DNA of 64,000 nucleotides from contig NC_082738.1 in assembly GCF_030144855.1 (NCBI RefSeq), forward strand, positions 5,270,001 to 5,334,000, read 5' to 3'. This DNA comes from Hypanus sabinus (lineage: Eukaryota). The translations under genes were made by a program, and so were the position numbers. This document shows, in pieces, positions 49,327 through 62,163 of the stretch (within the stretch, counting starts at the first letter, position 1; every line of letters begins with the position of its first letter). Under the pieces are notes generated by a model. It worked only from the letters and a program-made list of their open reading frames with translations. It searched no databases and had not been told where the DNA came from.

Positions 49327-49431
49327 CTTCTCATCTGGTTGTCCTTTGCTTGAGGGTGATCCTGTCTCCCCGGCGTCCTGGGTTACCATTTCCTCCTGCT
49401 TCTTTCGGACCTCGTTTTCATGCTCGGCTTG
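49327..49431 (-). CDS. FMNL1: FMNL1 coding exon (post-FH2 linker), QAEHENEVRKKQEEMVTQDAGETGSPSSKGQPDEK
   Basis: 105-nt exon, acceptor ttttaccccag, donor AAG|gtaagg; QAE.ENE.RKKQE motif of FMNL proteins; phase 0/0. Not in the ORF track. Confidence 0.92.
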
Positions 49432-50154
49432 CTGGGGTAAAGCCACAAATAAAACAGTCATCAGTTAGTAGAAATCAAACACCTGCGAATACTGAAAATC
49501 TGAAATTAAACAGAAAATGCTGGAAACAGTGAGCACGCCAGCCAGCATCTGAGGAAAAAGAAACAGTCAATATATTGAGTAGAAAACCCTTTAAATGTGG
49601 AAGCATCAGCCTTACAATCTTCTTTATTACCCATTGACAAATATTTTCATCACATACACCTAATTTTCCTTGCAGTGTTTCAAAGGACACGGAGGAGAAT
49701 TCATTATGTTTATGCAGATATTTTGAAAGTGTAATTCATTAGTCTGACTTCACTGTCACCAGTGTGGCATTCCTTTTCAGGTTTATATCCAATTTTCATT
49801 TGATAGTTACAAATGAATCACCCTCCAGCTCCCTTTGGTGTTCTCCGTCAGCATAAAAAAGGACTCTCAACCTTGCTCAGGCAGGTGGCTGCTGTTTGGG
49901 TTTAACCCTGAGAATCCCACATTCCACTAATGATTTAAGAATCTGTAAGGTTACAAGTTCTAATTTGGACCAAATGTCTTCTCGATTACTTTTACATCCT
50001 CAGCTCATTCTTTCATGTGTCCAACTTCCTCATACCCAGAGGGTGGACAAACTTGGATTATTTTCTCCTGATTGTTGGAGGCCAAGGGCAATCCTGATTT
50101 AGGCTTATAAAATGATGAGAGGCATAGATAAGGTAGAGAGTCAGTATCTTTCTG

Positions 50155-50735
50155 GTTCCTTAAGGTTGTTAGAGCCGGAGGTGGTATGAAAACAAGCTCC
50201 CACTACGGATTAAATGCTCCCAATTGCATGCACCTCAAATAGCCTCTGACAACCAAGTCCAGCTCCCGGCGTTCACGTGTGGCTTTGTTACGAAGCCCAG
50301 CGAAACTGTTTCTACTGACAGGAAAAGGGGCAAAGCAGGTTACTGGCGCCTTAAAACCAGTTGCTTCAGGCAGATGGGGCTCATCAGCCATGGTTGGCAG
50401 CTCACCTAGAAGGAAAACTGATCTCAAATCTCTGCTGCATTTTGGCTATACCCTCCCATAGAGAAGGCTTCAGGAATAAACCCCGAGGGAAAATTCCAGA
50501 GCTGGAGTCCATAAGGCAGTCCCATGTTGAGTTCAATGTTGACTGGCAACTCCTGTGATGCTGCTGGTACCAAACTGTATTGATCTCTGCCGTTCCTTTG
50601 GGTTCGTCAGATTTTAGGAAATGGTGAACTTGCTACCTGGGCAACAGCTGGCTCTCCATATCGTACTGCCCTGGCTTGTGTATCTAGACAGCTGGGACGC
50701 AACATCCATCATCAATCCCAACCAATGGAGGCGTC
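50155..50735 (+). mobile_element. Interspersed repeat, probably RTE 5' UTR-derived, inserted in a CR1 fragment
   Basis: CR1 sequence on both sides (50040-50150, 50760-50850); internal ctagaaggaaaactgatctcaaa motif recalled from RTE 5' regions. Confidence 0.4.
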
Positions 50736-51395
50736 ACTGTCTCAGAGTCTTTCTATAGGCAGATGGTTTTCATTTAATTTAGCACAACATTCAGCACAGA
50801 CATCATGGGCCAAAGGGCCTGTTTCTGTGCTGTAGTGCTCAATGTTTTATAAACTGATTGACTACTCAAATGGCATTTCTCGACAAAGCATTCCACAGTT
50901 GGCTGAACATGCCCCGGGAATCAGTTTACAGTTTTAAATTTGAGTTCCCCTCACATGGAACAACCAGTGGTTCAACAATACCTTCATCGAACTAAGCCAC
51001 TCTGTTCTGCTTTCTTCAAGCACAAGTATAGAAGTTTGCCGCTGTGAATGGAATATGGTGAACATTTGTACATACACACTGTACATAACATGCACTTGAG
51101 AGGTTGACGGAGGGGCTGGACTGATGGAGGGTTTGTACTGAAAGAGCAACAGAGTCAACTGGCGTATCTAATAAACTTCCTCTTTTCAAGTCCAGGATGT
51201 GTTCAGGAGAACATTTACTGGGCAATTAATTGCTCAGCTTCTAATCTTTAAAATGTTTCATTTGCTTCATCATTTGATTGACTAGAAGTGAAATGTAGGA
51301 AGAAATAAACAGTCAGAGGTAACCAGTAAAGTCAATTTAGCATAGTTCATTCTAGTGAGAATCAACAGAAATTGTCTGGTCTTCCCAGTCCATAC

Positions 51396-51497
51396 CTTAT
51401 AGGCCTTGATGAACCGCAAAAAGAATGGGAAGAACATATTTGGAGGCACTTTTTTCACATCTTCCCCAAAATAGTCAACAACAGACTGGTAAGCCTC
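51396..51497 (-). CDS. FMNL1: FMNL1 coding exon (end of FH2), [34 protein letters not shown]
   Basis: 102-nt exon, acceptor ctttctcccacag, donor AAG|gtatgg; YFGE...FF..F.RFIKAYK motif; phase 0/0. Confidence 0.95.
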
Positions 51498-53561
51498 CTG
51501 TGGGAGAAAGAGTACAAACAATATTGGTTTCCGAATTAACATTTTGATAAGGAATAATTAACATCAAACAAGGGCAGAGGGTGGACTTCATCAATATTTT
51601 TATTGCTGTTCTGAAGTAAACAAAGACCGTGATTTTCCACTTAGCTTCATCTCCTAGAAGGGAAAGAGCAGGAAGTGCATGGGAGACTCACCATATCCAA
51701 GTCCCACCATCCTGACCTGGACACATAATGTCTTTGTTTTAGCTGTTGCTGGGTCCTGGAATGACTTCCCATCACTGGGCATCACTGGCAAGGTGATGAA
51801 GGCTGCATCTTTTGTGGGCAACTTAACTTCTCTAGGATATCCATTAAGAACCAATAAGTGTCTTTATTTCCAAAATTATTTTAAAACAAGGAACCTGAAC
51901 TACAGAAATTAAAAATATAAAAAAGTTCTGCTAATTCTTGTAGAAAATTAAATGAATTAGCTAAATTCGCTTAATACTCTCTAAAGGTAATTGCAATCCC
52001 ACTGGCTTGAACAAGCTGCTATGAGACAGAGTTTACTTCTGTCCTCCTGAGGTCCAAGACAATCACCAACAATCCCAATAGCAAGGACGGGATCCTGAAG
52101 GGGTGAAGCCGGCTTGAAGTTGGGGAGGGGTGGCAGGGGCAACCATGTATCCTTATTGTCCCAGGATGGTGGTGCTTCATATATCAATTTGTTGGATAGA
52201 TAATTGTCAATAATCTTTGGTGATGGTCTGGAGCCACATACCGACAAGGTTCAATAAGCACACCAGGCACTCTTCTCCCAGGACCACTGTTGCCCTAAAT
52301 ATGACAGTCAAACAACTGCACAGCCACACCAGATACAAGATTTTCAGTCTGCCTTAGAGGTGTCTGAACTTATCATCTTGCACTACAAACACAAGCTACT
52401 GTCTGACTGCCCCAGTAACACTGAACATCCCTGACTGAAGATTTAGAGGACAGCAGTTAATTTTGTTACAACACAAGGTCTTGCCCAGTCTGCCAAAGGT
52501 GCAAATTGAAATGGAATATCTGCAGGGTGAGCAGAGTGTCCCAATAACAAAAAAATTACAGTTCACAACAGATGAAGTGAGGAAAGTCCTATATCATGGT
52601 GTTTTGGAGAGCCCAGAAAATAGCTCAGACCTTTATTTGCAAGAAACTCAGAGAAGCACTCTTTGTGGAAGCAATCCAGGTGATGAACAAGGGAGCTCTG
52701 GACAAAATTTGGGAAGATCATAAGATATAAAAACGAAATTAGGCCATTTGGCCCAATGAATCTGCTCCGCCATTCAGTTTTGCTGATTTTTTTCAATCTA
52801 TTCTCCTGCTTTCTCAGCATACCCTTAACTGCTTACTAATCAAAAACCTATCGACCTCTGTCTTAAATATACCAAATGACTTGGTCTCCACAGCCATCTG
52901 TGGCAATAAATTCCATAGAATAAGCCTTCACTTATCTTTCATTTCAGGGATCTGGGATTCACTAGCAAGGCCACTATTCACTGTCCATCCCTAACTGCCT
53001 TCAAGAAGGTGGTGCTGAGTTGCCATCTTGAACTGCTGCAATTCTTCGAACAAAATTACTTCCCTGGTGTTGTTGGGATCCAACATCATTCTCCCAGGTC
53101 ACTACAGTGCATAACCTGCAGATGGTGGTGTTACTGTGTGCCTGCTGTCTTTGTTAATTTTTTTTACACACACATAGAGTGGTGGTTGCCTGAAACGCAT
53201 TGCCTGGGATGGTGGTAGAGGCAGACACAATAGGGAGATTTAAGAGACTCTTAGATAGGAACATGGATGAAAGAAAAATGCAGAGTTATGGGCTCTGTAG
53301 GAGAAAAGGGTTAAATTGATCATGAAGTAGGGTTATATAGGTTGGCACAAATCGTGGGGCATCCAAATAGTCCCTATTGTTTGATGTCTTCTGTATTTCG
53401 TTGCGGTAAAGGTTGATTTCTGGAAGGTGCTGTTGGATAGTACACACAGTGCAGTCTCTATGATCCATGATGGTGGGAATACATGTGAAAAGGGGTTGAT
53501 TGGTTAATAGGATGAGAAATAAAAGGGCTACATTGTCCTGGATGGTGTTGAACCTCTAGAG

Positions 53562-53924
53562 CAGGGGTGTCAAACTCATTTTAGGTCACGGGCCGGATTG
53601 GGCAAAATGCAGCTTCATGCGGGCCGGATCAGTTGGGCGCGTGCGAACGCAGCTTTCATTGCCTCCGTTTTTTCAGCCTGTTCTCATGTGTCTCAGTCTC
53701 TGCTATAACTACAAAGTGTTTCACTTCACAAATTCTGTTTCTTATGAAGAAGACTGCTGAGCAAGCATTATTTTTATGATTGGTATTAACTTACAATCAT
53801 AGGCTTCATATCGCCAGGCCATTAATAATTAAAATAATAGATCTATCTAAAATGATCTCCCGGGCCGGATATAATTGTATGCCGGGTTGGATATGGCCCG
53901 CGGGCCTTGAGTTTGACATCACTG
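53562..53924. mobile_element. Non-autonomous hAT-Charlie-type transposon (363 bp)
   Basis: TIRs CAGGGGTGTCAAACTCA / TGAGTTTGACATCACTG; perfect 8-bp TSD CTCTAGAG; repeated subterminal gggccgg motifs. Confidence 0.92.
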
Positions 53925-54174
53925 CTCTAGAGGGTAGATGGCAGTGCACTTACCCAGGCAAGTGGGTAAAAGTCCATCACCTTACTGATGTGCACCTTAA
54001 ATTAGAATATCACTGACATACAGTATATCATGGAAGTTGTTGTTTTGCAACAGCAGTACATTACATTATAGAATAGTAAAAACTATAAATTACTATATGT
54101 ATTTTTAATATATACTCTTTGTAATTAAGTATATGGTATGGGGTATCAAGTGGCAAAGTAGACACAGCACACAA

Positions 54175-55467
54175 GGATGAGGTGATGGACTTGGTGACAC
54201 AGTACATGATAGGGCAAAGTCAGCATGGTTTCCTTCAGCGAAAATCCTGCCTGACGAACCTGTTGGAATTCTTTAAGGAGATTACATGTAGGACAGATAA
54301 AGGGGATGCAGTGGACTTTCAGAAGGCCTTTGACAAGGTGCCCACATGTGAGGCTGCTTGACATGTTTAGAGCCCATGGTCTAACATGGTTAGAGCATTG
54401 TTTGATTGGTAGGAGGCAGTGAGTGGGAATAAAAGGATCCTTTTCTGGTTGGCTGCCAGTGAGTAGTGGGGTTCCGCAGGGTTCGGTGTTGGGACCACTT
54501 CTTTTTATGCTGTATATCAATGATTTAGAGGATGGAATAGATGGCTTTGTTGCCAAGTATGCTGATGATATGAAGATTGGTGGAGGGGCAGGTAGTGTTG
54601 AGGAAACAGGTAGGCTGCAGAAGGACTTAGACCAATTAGGAGAATAGGCTAGAAAGTGGCAAATGAAATACAATATTAGAAAATGCATGGTCGCGTACTT
54701 TGGTAGAAGTAAATGTGCAGACTATTTTCAAAATGGGGAGAAAATCCAAAAATCTGAGATGCAAGGAGACTTGGGAGTCCTTGTGCCGAACACCCTAAAG
54801 GTTAACTTGCAGATCGAGTCAGTGGTGAGGAAGGCAAATGCAACGTTAGCATTCATTTCAAGAGATCCAGAATACAAGAGCAGGGATGTGATGCTGAGGT
54901 TTTATAAGGCACTGGTGAGGCCTCACCTTGAGTATTGTGAACAGTTTTGGGCTCCTCATCTAAAAAAAGATGCTGTGGCATTGGAAAGGGTTCAGAGGAG
55001 GTTCACAAGGATGATTCCGGGAATGAAAGGGTTATCATATGAGGAATGTTTGATGGCTCTGGGTCTGTACTCACTGGAATTCAGAAGGATGAGGGGGGAT
55101 CTCATTGAAACCTTTCAAATGTTGAAAGGCCTAGTCAGAGTAGATGTGAGAAGGATGTTGCCCATGGTGGGGGAGTCTAGAACAAGATGGCACAGCCTTA
55201 GATTAGAGGGGCATTTAAAACAGAGAAGCGAAGAAATTTCTTTAGCCAGAGGGTGGTGAATTTGTGGAATTTATTACGGCAGGCAGCTGTGGAGACCAGG
55301 TCATTGGGTGTATTTAAGGCAGAACTTGATAGTTTCTTGACATCAAAGGTTACAGGGAGAAGGCTGGGGAGTGGGGCTGAGGAGGGGAGAAAAGAATCAG
55401 CCATGATTGAATGGTGGCGCAGTCTTGATGGGCCAAATGACCTAATTCTGCTCCTATGTCTTATGGT
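54175..55467 (+). mobile_element. CR1 LINE RT fragment
   Basis: [39 protein letters not shown] motifs and 3' UTR. Confidence 0.92.
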
Positions 55468-55794
55468 AAGTAAATTAAAATAAATAAGTAGTGCAGAAAG
55501 AGAGAGGAAAAATACTGAGGTAGTGTTCATAGATTCATTGTCCATTCAGAAAATTGAAGGCGGTGGGCAAGAAACATTGAGTGTGTGTCTTTATGGGGTA
55601 TCAGGTGGGGAACATGGACACAGCACATCATGATGGAGATAGTTGGAAAGCACACAGCAGAAACTTCTGAAAGGCAATTTGGGATTTTAACCACACATGC
55701 TGAGCACAGTAGGTGAAGAACATAGAATATTTTGTGTAATAGGCCTTAATCTTGGAAAGGCTTGTCAGATGAAGCTGACACTGACAGATGAACA

Positions 55795-56133
55795 GTTATT
55801 ATCCTTCAGCCATCAGACTCTTGAACTAGAGTGGATAAATTCACTCATCCATCACTAAACTATTTCCACAACCTAAAGGACTCACTTTCAAGGACTCTTC
55901 ATCTCATGTTCTTGATATTTATAGCTTACTTATTTGTTATTATTAATTTATTTTCTTTTGTATTTGCACAGTTTGTTGTCTTTTCCACATTAGTTGTTTG
56001 TCTATCCTGTTCAGTGTGGTCTTTCATTGATTCTATTATGCTTCATTACTAAGCATGCCCTCAAGAAAACAAATCTCAGGATTGTATATGGTGACATGTA
56101 TGTACTTTGATAATAAATTAAATATGAACTTCG
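55795..56133 (+). mobile_element. Rex1/Babar-like 3' fragment
   Basis: Matches the tail family at 24530-24850. Confidence 0.7.
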
Positions 56134-56341
56134 AGCTGTCCTCAGCCAGACCTCTGCTCTATTTCAATCACATTGTAACTCAAAAGCTTCTGAACCCCAA
56201 TTGGCAATCTCCTTGTTCCCCATCCATAGCTGTACCAAGGACTGAACCTGGAATGTCCTTGATCTGCACAGAAGATGAACTAGCATATTTCTTTAGTTGA
56301 GAGCTTAAGGATCTCTCTCGAGGGAGGGGACTGACACCCAC

Positions 56342-56505
56342 CTGTGCAGTTTTGCTGTCCTTCATTAAGTTGTCCACTTTCTCAGAGTTGGTGCTCATGA
56401 ACTCCTTCAGGATTAAGCTGGTATCCTGAACCATGAACGTCTTCCGGGTGAGTTCCATCCCCTGCTGTAATGACCGCACATCCTGAATAACATTGTCAAG
56501 TGACA
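56342..56505 (-). CDS. FMNL1: FMNL1 coding exon (FH2), (V)SLDNVIQDVRSLQQGMELTRKTFMVQDTSLILKEFMSTNSEKVDNLMKDSKTAQ
   Basis: 164-nt exon, acceptor ttttctccgctgcag, donor CAG|gtgggt; phase 1/0. DVRSLQ and DSKTAQ match FMNL1 rather than FMNL2/3 (from recalled human sequences). Confidence 0.95.
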
Positions 56506-57997
56506 CTGCAGCGGAGAAAAGAAATGGGAAAACTGCTCTGAAAAATTGTGCATGCTTTAACCATGAAGTATTCTTGTTACAGTGCCTGGTACAAGCTCTG
56601 GGGATCTGAAACAGTGATAAAAATGTATTGATTCTTCAACAGGCAACAACTTGCATTGAACAGCACCTTTTATGCAGCAAAACATCTCAAAACATTCAAC
56701 TAACCCACAAAGGGGGATAGTTGAGCATGCAAAGAGGACCACAGGGAGACAGAAATGCTGAGAAGGTCAATGAGACAATTGCTGACATTATGGTCATGTC
56801 AGTGTAAGGGCAGCTTGCAAGGAATAAAAATAAGGGATGCAGAGTTAGCTGAACAATGATATCATGGAGGGATGTAAGTCTGGCAGGATTTATAGCCATA
56901 GGGTGAGGGGAAGTCAAGAAGGATGAAGATTTTGAAATCAAGGCATTAGTATATTAGGACCCCACACATACAGCAGTAATGGGTAAAGGTGATCCCTTAA
57001 GGTTGTGGTCAGAGGCTTTGGATGAAAAAGGGATAATGAAAATCCAGCCAGATTATTGGAATAATTTGCAGCTTTAAAAAAAGTAGATGAAGAGCTTCAG
57101 AGGTAGATAAGCTGAGTTAGAGATCAATCATGTTGAGGTGGCCCCTGGATGGTGAGAAGACAAGAGGAATATCCTCTAGTTACACAGAAAGGTAAGAGAG
57201 AATGTGAGTGAAGATCAGCGGAGATATAAGAGGAAGTCAGGGAATTAAAAAAGGACAAGTCCCTCTGGAATGCTGACAGTGACACCAGGCAGAAGGTTGC
57301 AGAAACTACATAGAGACAAGCTGGTAATTTTGCACAGGTCCAACAACCTGGCCTTTAACTGGTGTTTAGTGCTGTCTTTGTGGAGCTTGCATGTTCTCCC
57401 TTAAGCGTATGGGTTCACTCCTAGGAACATCAATGATAAAAAAAATGAGTGGTAAAATCTGGGGGAGTTGATGGGAATATGAGAATAAATTGGGATTGGT
57501 GTAGATGGGTGCACAATTAATGGGCTAAAAGAGTTGCTTCTGTGCTGTACCACGATGGTTCAGCAAATTTGATGTTTTTGGATAAAAATGCAAAGAGCTG
57601 AGGGCTGTTCCACCCATCAGAGAATGGAGGAGCAGCACTGGGAGAAACTGTGATCAATCATGTCAAAAGCAGCAATGGAGAAAGAATCAGAAATATTATA
57701 CAAATATTGTAACTACCCAAGCACACTCAGAAACTGGCTTTCAAAATTACAGCTAACTCATGGAAAATTTATTGGGTTTTATTTGCCCTTCTCTGATCTT
57801 TCACCAATGTATTACTGATGTAATCTGTTTCCTTTTCACTTGAGTATCACTGGTGTAATTTAGCATTTGGCTCAGCATTCCATTAGTTCTGACAAATGAT
57901 TATGTACCTGAAATGTTAACTTTGATTCTCTGGGTAATGATACTGCCCGACTAGCTGAGTGTTTCCTATAGTTTTGGTTTACATTTTGGATTTCCAG

Positions 57998-58807
57998 TGT
58001 TATGCATGTATCACAGCTCTGAGGGGCCTAAGGGTGCAGGGTAGCCCCCTCCTTTGTGAGAATTGCAAGATCACTATTGATTTGGGTCAGGAGACCCAGG
58101 AAATGAGAGAGAGACGTGCAGAATGTCTCGTTCCCCCGGCGATATAAAGCTACGGGACATGGCCATCGTCCCTTGAAGATGAACTTGTGTATTGCAATAC
58201 CGTGCTACATGGAAGCCCTCAGGCAAAGTGGGCTGGTTGAGGGAGGGATTGCATCACCCCCAACCTGACTGACATCTGAGATCCTGTGAGTCAGGATAAA
58301 AGAGGGTCTGTGGGAACAGCCCCTCAGATGCACCAGAAGAAACGCTCGTGATCCCATAATAGCGGAAGCTGGTGGGAGGCCACGTGCGTTCGGTTCCATT
58401 TTGCCCCGGAAACCGGTGCCCTTACCACGGAAAAACGGCTTTTAGCTGACAACGGGGAAACCAACCCCCAAAAGACTCGAAGGATTGGCACCATCAAAGA
58501 ACTGGGCAAGTTTAACCCGTCTCTCTCTCAACCCCAAAACGCTGCAGCTTGAACGAACTAACAGTGACTTTTATATTTCCATCGGACAATACATTATCCC
58601 CTAGACAACCATAGAGCTATTTCTTATTGATTATTATTATACCCGCGCTTTTAGATTTAGTATTGACAACGTATATTATTTGTATGTTTGCATTGATATT
58701 ATTTTTGTGTATTTTTATTAATAAATACTGCTAAAAATAGTACTATCAGACTTCAACGGACCTCTCTATCTTTGCTGGTAAGTGACCCAGTTAAGGGGTT
58801 CGTAACA
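57998..58807 (+). mobile_element. Solo LTR (810 bp), 4-bp TSD CCAG, antisense in FMNL1 intron
   Basis: TGTTA...TAACA termini; CCAG at 57994-57997 and 58808-58811; GATAAAA TATA-like box about 58295 and AATAAA about 58720. Confidence 0.9.
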
Positions 58808-58849
58808 CCAGTACCTGCATTTTTGTTCACTATTACATTCATTCTGGCG

Positions 58850-59210
58850 CACTGTAATCACCATTCCCCCAGGTACACTCAAATCGCTGTGCCCCAGTGC
58901 AACGTATTCACTGCCCCATTATCATTGTTCCTTGTGTAACCTAATCACTGCTCCCCCAGTGTATCCAGTGCAACCTAATCACTGCTCCCCCAGTGTATCC
59001 AGTGCAACCTAATCATTGCTCCCCCAGTGTATCTGGTGCAACTTAAACACTGATTCCCCCTTGTGTACCTGTGTAACCTAAACATGATATCTCCTCCCAC
59101 AATGCTGTACCCAATCTCCTGGTGTAACGTAATTGCTGATCCCCCAACACCACCGCTCCTCGCATATACCTGTAAGGTGTACATGTTGTAACCTAATCAC
59201 TGCTCTCCCA
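58850..59210. repeat. 34-bp minisatellite (cctaatcactgctcccccagtgtatccagtgcaa)
   Basis: Three near-perfect units at about 58940-59042 flanked by degenerate units. Confidence 0.8.
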
Positions 59211-59272
59211 TAATAAACTAGCAGCAAAAAGCACAATTAATATTCCTCTCAGTTTACACTCAACCTTAATAC

Positions 59273-59402
59273 CTGCACCAGCTTTCTCCACAAACAACAA
59301 CTCGGTGTGAAAGGTATTGAGTTCAGGATATTTTTTCTGAATTATATCCACAATGTAGTTCATTAGAGTCTGTTTTCGATCCGTTGACTTGGTTTCAAGA
59401 AG
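59273..59402 (-). CDS. FMNL1: FMNL1 coding exon (FH2), [43 protein letters not shown]
   Basis: 130-nt exon, acceptor ttcactttcag, donor GCAG|gtatta. KSTDRKQTL motif of FMNL formins; phase 0/1 matches neighbours. Confidence 0.95.
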
Positions 59403-59711
59403 CTGAAAGTGAATGGGGACAGAGCAATTACTATTAACACAGCTGCATTAGTTCATTTATGACACATAATTACAAGGCAAGAGAACCTACATCATGTCAA
59501 TCCCAACACATTGGTACAGCCTGCAATATATCAAAACGTCACTGCCCATTTCATGGACAATGACCTTTTAAAACCAACTCAGCACAAACTATAGTCTGAG
59601 ACCATTCTAACAAGAATGATGTCCAATGGCATCCAGTGTTGGCAAAGTCACAACAAAGTTAGTTGAACTTGTGTTTAAGCCTGATAAACATTAAAATGAA
59701 TTTGCTGATTA

Positions 59712-60490
59712 TAACAAATACAAATACTTTATTGTCACCAAACAATTGATACTAGAGTGTACAATCATCACAGCAATATTTGATTCTGCGCTTCGTGCTC
59801 CCTGAAGTACAAACCAAAGTAAATATAATAAAAATTTAAATTATAAATCATAATTAGAAAATAGAAAAGGGAAAGTAAGGTAGTGTAAGTCAGGTCCGGA
59901 TATTTGGAAGGTACGGCCCAGATCCGGGTCAGGATCCATTCAGCAGTCTTATCACAGTTGGAAAGAAGCTGTTCCCAAATCTGGCCGTACGTATCTTCAT
60001 GCTCCTGAACCTTCTCCCGGAGGGAAGAGGGACAAAAAGTGTGTTGGCTGGGTGGGTCGTGTCCTTGATTATCCTGGCGGCACTGCTCCGACAACGTGTG
60101 GTGTAAATTGAGTCCAAGGATGGAAGATTGGTTTGTGTGATGTGCTGGGCTAGGTTCACGATCTTCTGCAGCTTCCTCTGGTCTTGGACAGGACAATGTC
60201 CATACCAGGTTGTGATGCACCCTAGAAGAATGCTTCCTACGGTGCACCTATAAAAATTAGTGAGGGTTTTAGGGGACAGGCCAAATTTCTTCCACTTTCT
60301 CAGGAAGTAAAGGCACTGGTGGGCTTTCTTGGCAGTGGACTCTACTTGGTTAGATCAAGTCAGGTCATTTGTGATATTCACCCCGAGGAACTTAAAGCTT
60401 TTGACCTGTTCCACCTGCGCAGCACCGATGTAGATGGGGTCGTGCAGTCCGCTACTCCTTCTGAAATCAACAACCAATTCTTTCGTTTCT
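59712..60490 (-). mobile_element. Rex1/Babar-like LINE 3' portion (distinct, younger subfamily)
   Basis: AARIIKDTTHPANTLFVPLPSGRRFRSMKIRTARFGNSFFPTVIRLLN; aataaagtatttgtatttg tail. Confidence 0.85.
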
Positions 60491-60567
60491 AATGAACCCA
60501 TTCAAAAGATTTTTTAAAGATCTAAAATTATATTGGGCTAATTATTAAACATTTCTCAAACCCTTAC

Positions 60568-60648
60568 CAAGTCAAGGCTCTGCAGTCGAAAGCCATAAAC
60601 AGCTCCTTTCTTACTGCTATTCATGTAGTTTCCAAATGCTAAAATTAT
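60568..60648 (-). CDS. FMNL1: FMNL1 coding exon (FH2 domain), [27 protein letters not shown]
   Basis: 81-nt exon, acceptor tctttcctgcag, donor TTG|gtaagg. Contains the FH2 signature GNYMN and the GF(R/K)L motif; phase 0/0. Upstream exons were not found in the window. Confidence 0.95.
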
Positions 60649-61752
60649 CTGCAGGAAAGAACAGATTAAATTGGCTTGTCAATGACAATTTTTTTACCAA
60701 AGGGATCATAAATCTGAAGTTAAGTACTGAAATATCTGTTTTGATATTATCAAGATCACACACTGACCAGCAATTTGCAGGTTAACACAAAGGCAGATTT
60801 CATTTCACATTGGCACTCAATTAGAAACCCACTGTTACTAATTCAAATCATTTCAAGAAGATAGGATAAAATTATCTTAGCACAGGGTAAATTCAAAGCA
60901 ACACAATGAAGGGTCTTGGCCTGAAACACTGACTCTTTTTTCCTTTCCATTGATGCTACCTGACCTGCTGAGCTCCTCCAGCATTTTGTTTGTGTTACTC
61001 TGGATTCCAGTATCTGCAGAATCTCTTGTGTTTATAAATTCAAAGCAAATTATCTCAGTTTGGCACAACCACTAGATTGGAATTGTGTAACTTCTGCATT
61101 TCACCTAGAAAGCTAGAAACCAGCATCAAATATTGTGAAATTGTGGCACATGGAATTAAGTTAGAGTGTTGGGTTTTGTAAACACAATCAACAAGAGTTA
61201 TCTTTGAAATCTCAATATCAGCCTGGTCAATACCTGGAAATTAATCTCTCCCAATCAATTTTGATTAACTTCTTGGTCTTTGGGGATGTAACCTGCCAAT
61301 CTTACTGGTCTGTTCTCACCAAAAGTGCCTGGGGGTCCCAGCCCTCAGAGTACTTGATCTGCAGCTTGATTTGTTGATGCAGGTGTGGTATGCAATATTC
61401 TGGGGACTGCCCTTCTGATCAAAGTAACCATGCTGCCAGTCAGGACATTGAACATGCCACAGTTCCACAAGATGCACTGACGTGACTGATTTGCGAATCG
61501 ATCACAAGGACTGCTAAGAGGATTGTTGGGGGCTCTCTTCAACCTATTAGAGATATTTATCAGGAGTGTCACATACACAGGGCCCTTAGCATCTGTCAAC
61601 GATCCCTCCCATCCATCAATCTCTTTGACTCCCTACCGTCAGACAGGAGGTACTATAGCATTAGGACAAGGATTGTCAGGATGGGAAACAGCTTTTTCCA
61701 TCAGGCCACAAGGTGAATGAACTCCCCAACACCAGCCAGGTCTCATCAACTA

Positions 61753-62163
61753 CAGTAGTGTGCACATATGTATAGCTTTTGACCTTTGACTTTTGCACAG
61801 AGTCTGTCAATGCGGAGCAGAAAGCAAGTTTGTAAATCTGGTGGGAGAGAAGGATGTTGGGAATGGTGAGGGTGGAGCACCAAGGGAGGGGTGTGGGGCA
61901 GGTGGCAGAGGAGGAATGCCAGAGAGGGGAGAAATTGCAGACACAGCCAGCCCTGAGACACCAGGTGAGGTAATTTGATTCCAAACAATTGGTTTATTGA
62001 TCATTACAGAATGTCTCTCTACTGCTTCCCACTCCCTCCCTCTCCCTTCCCCTTTTCCCCAACCATGATTCCCCTCTCCCTGCCCCCTTCCCACTCTCAG
62101 TCCACAATAGAGACCCATATCAGAGCCAGTTTTATCATTACCTAAGACTTTTGTACAGTACTG
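61753..62163. mobile_element. Degenerate Tc1-derived MITE
   Basis: Right end cctaagacttttgtacagtactg matches the TIR of 46392-46800; left end tacagtagtgtgca is a partial TIR; an internal partial TIR copy lies at about 61788-61800. Confidence 0.5.

Noticed and set aside
58940-59045. CRISPR-like 34-bp repeats
   Set aside because: Head-to-tail tandem units with no unique spacers, eukaryotic context, no cas genes.
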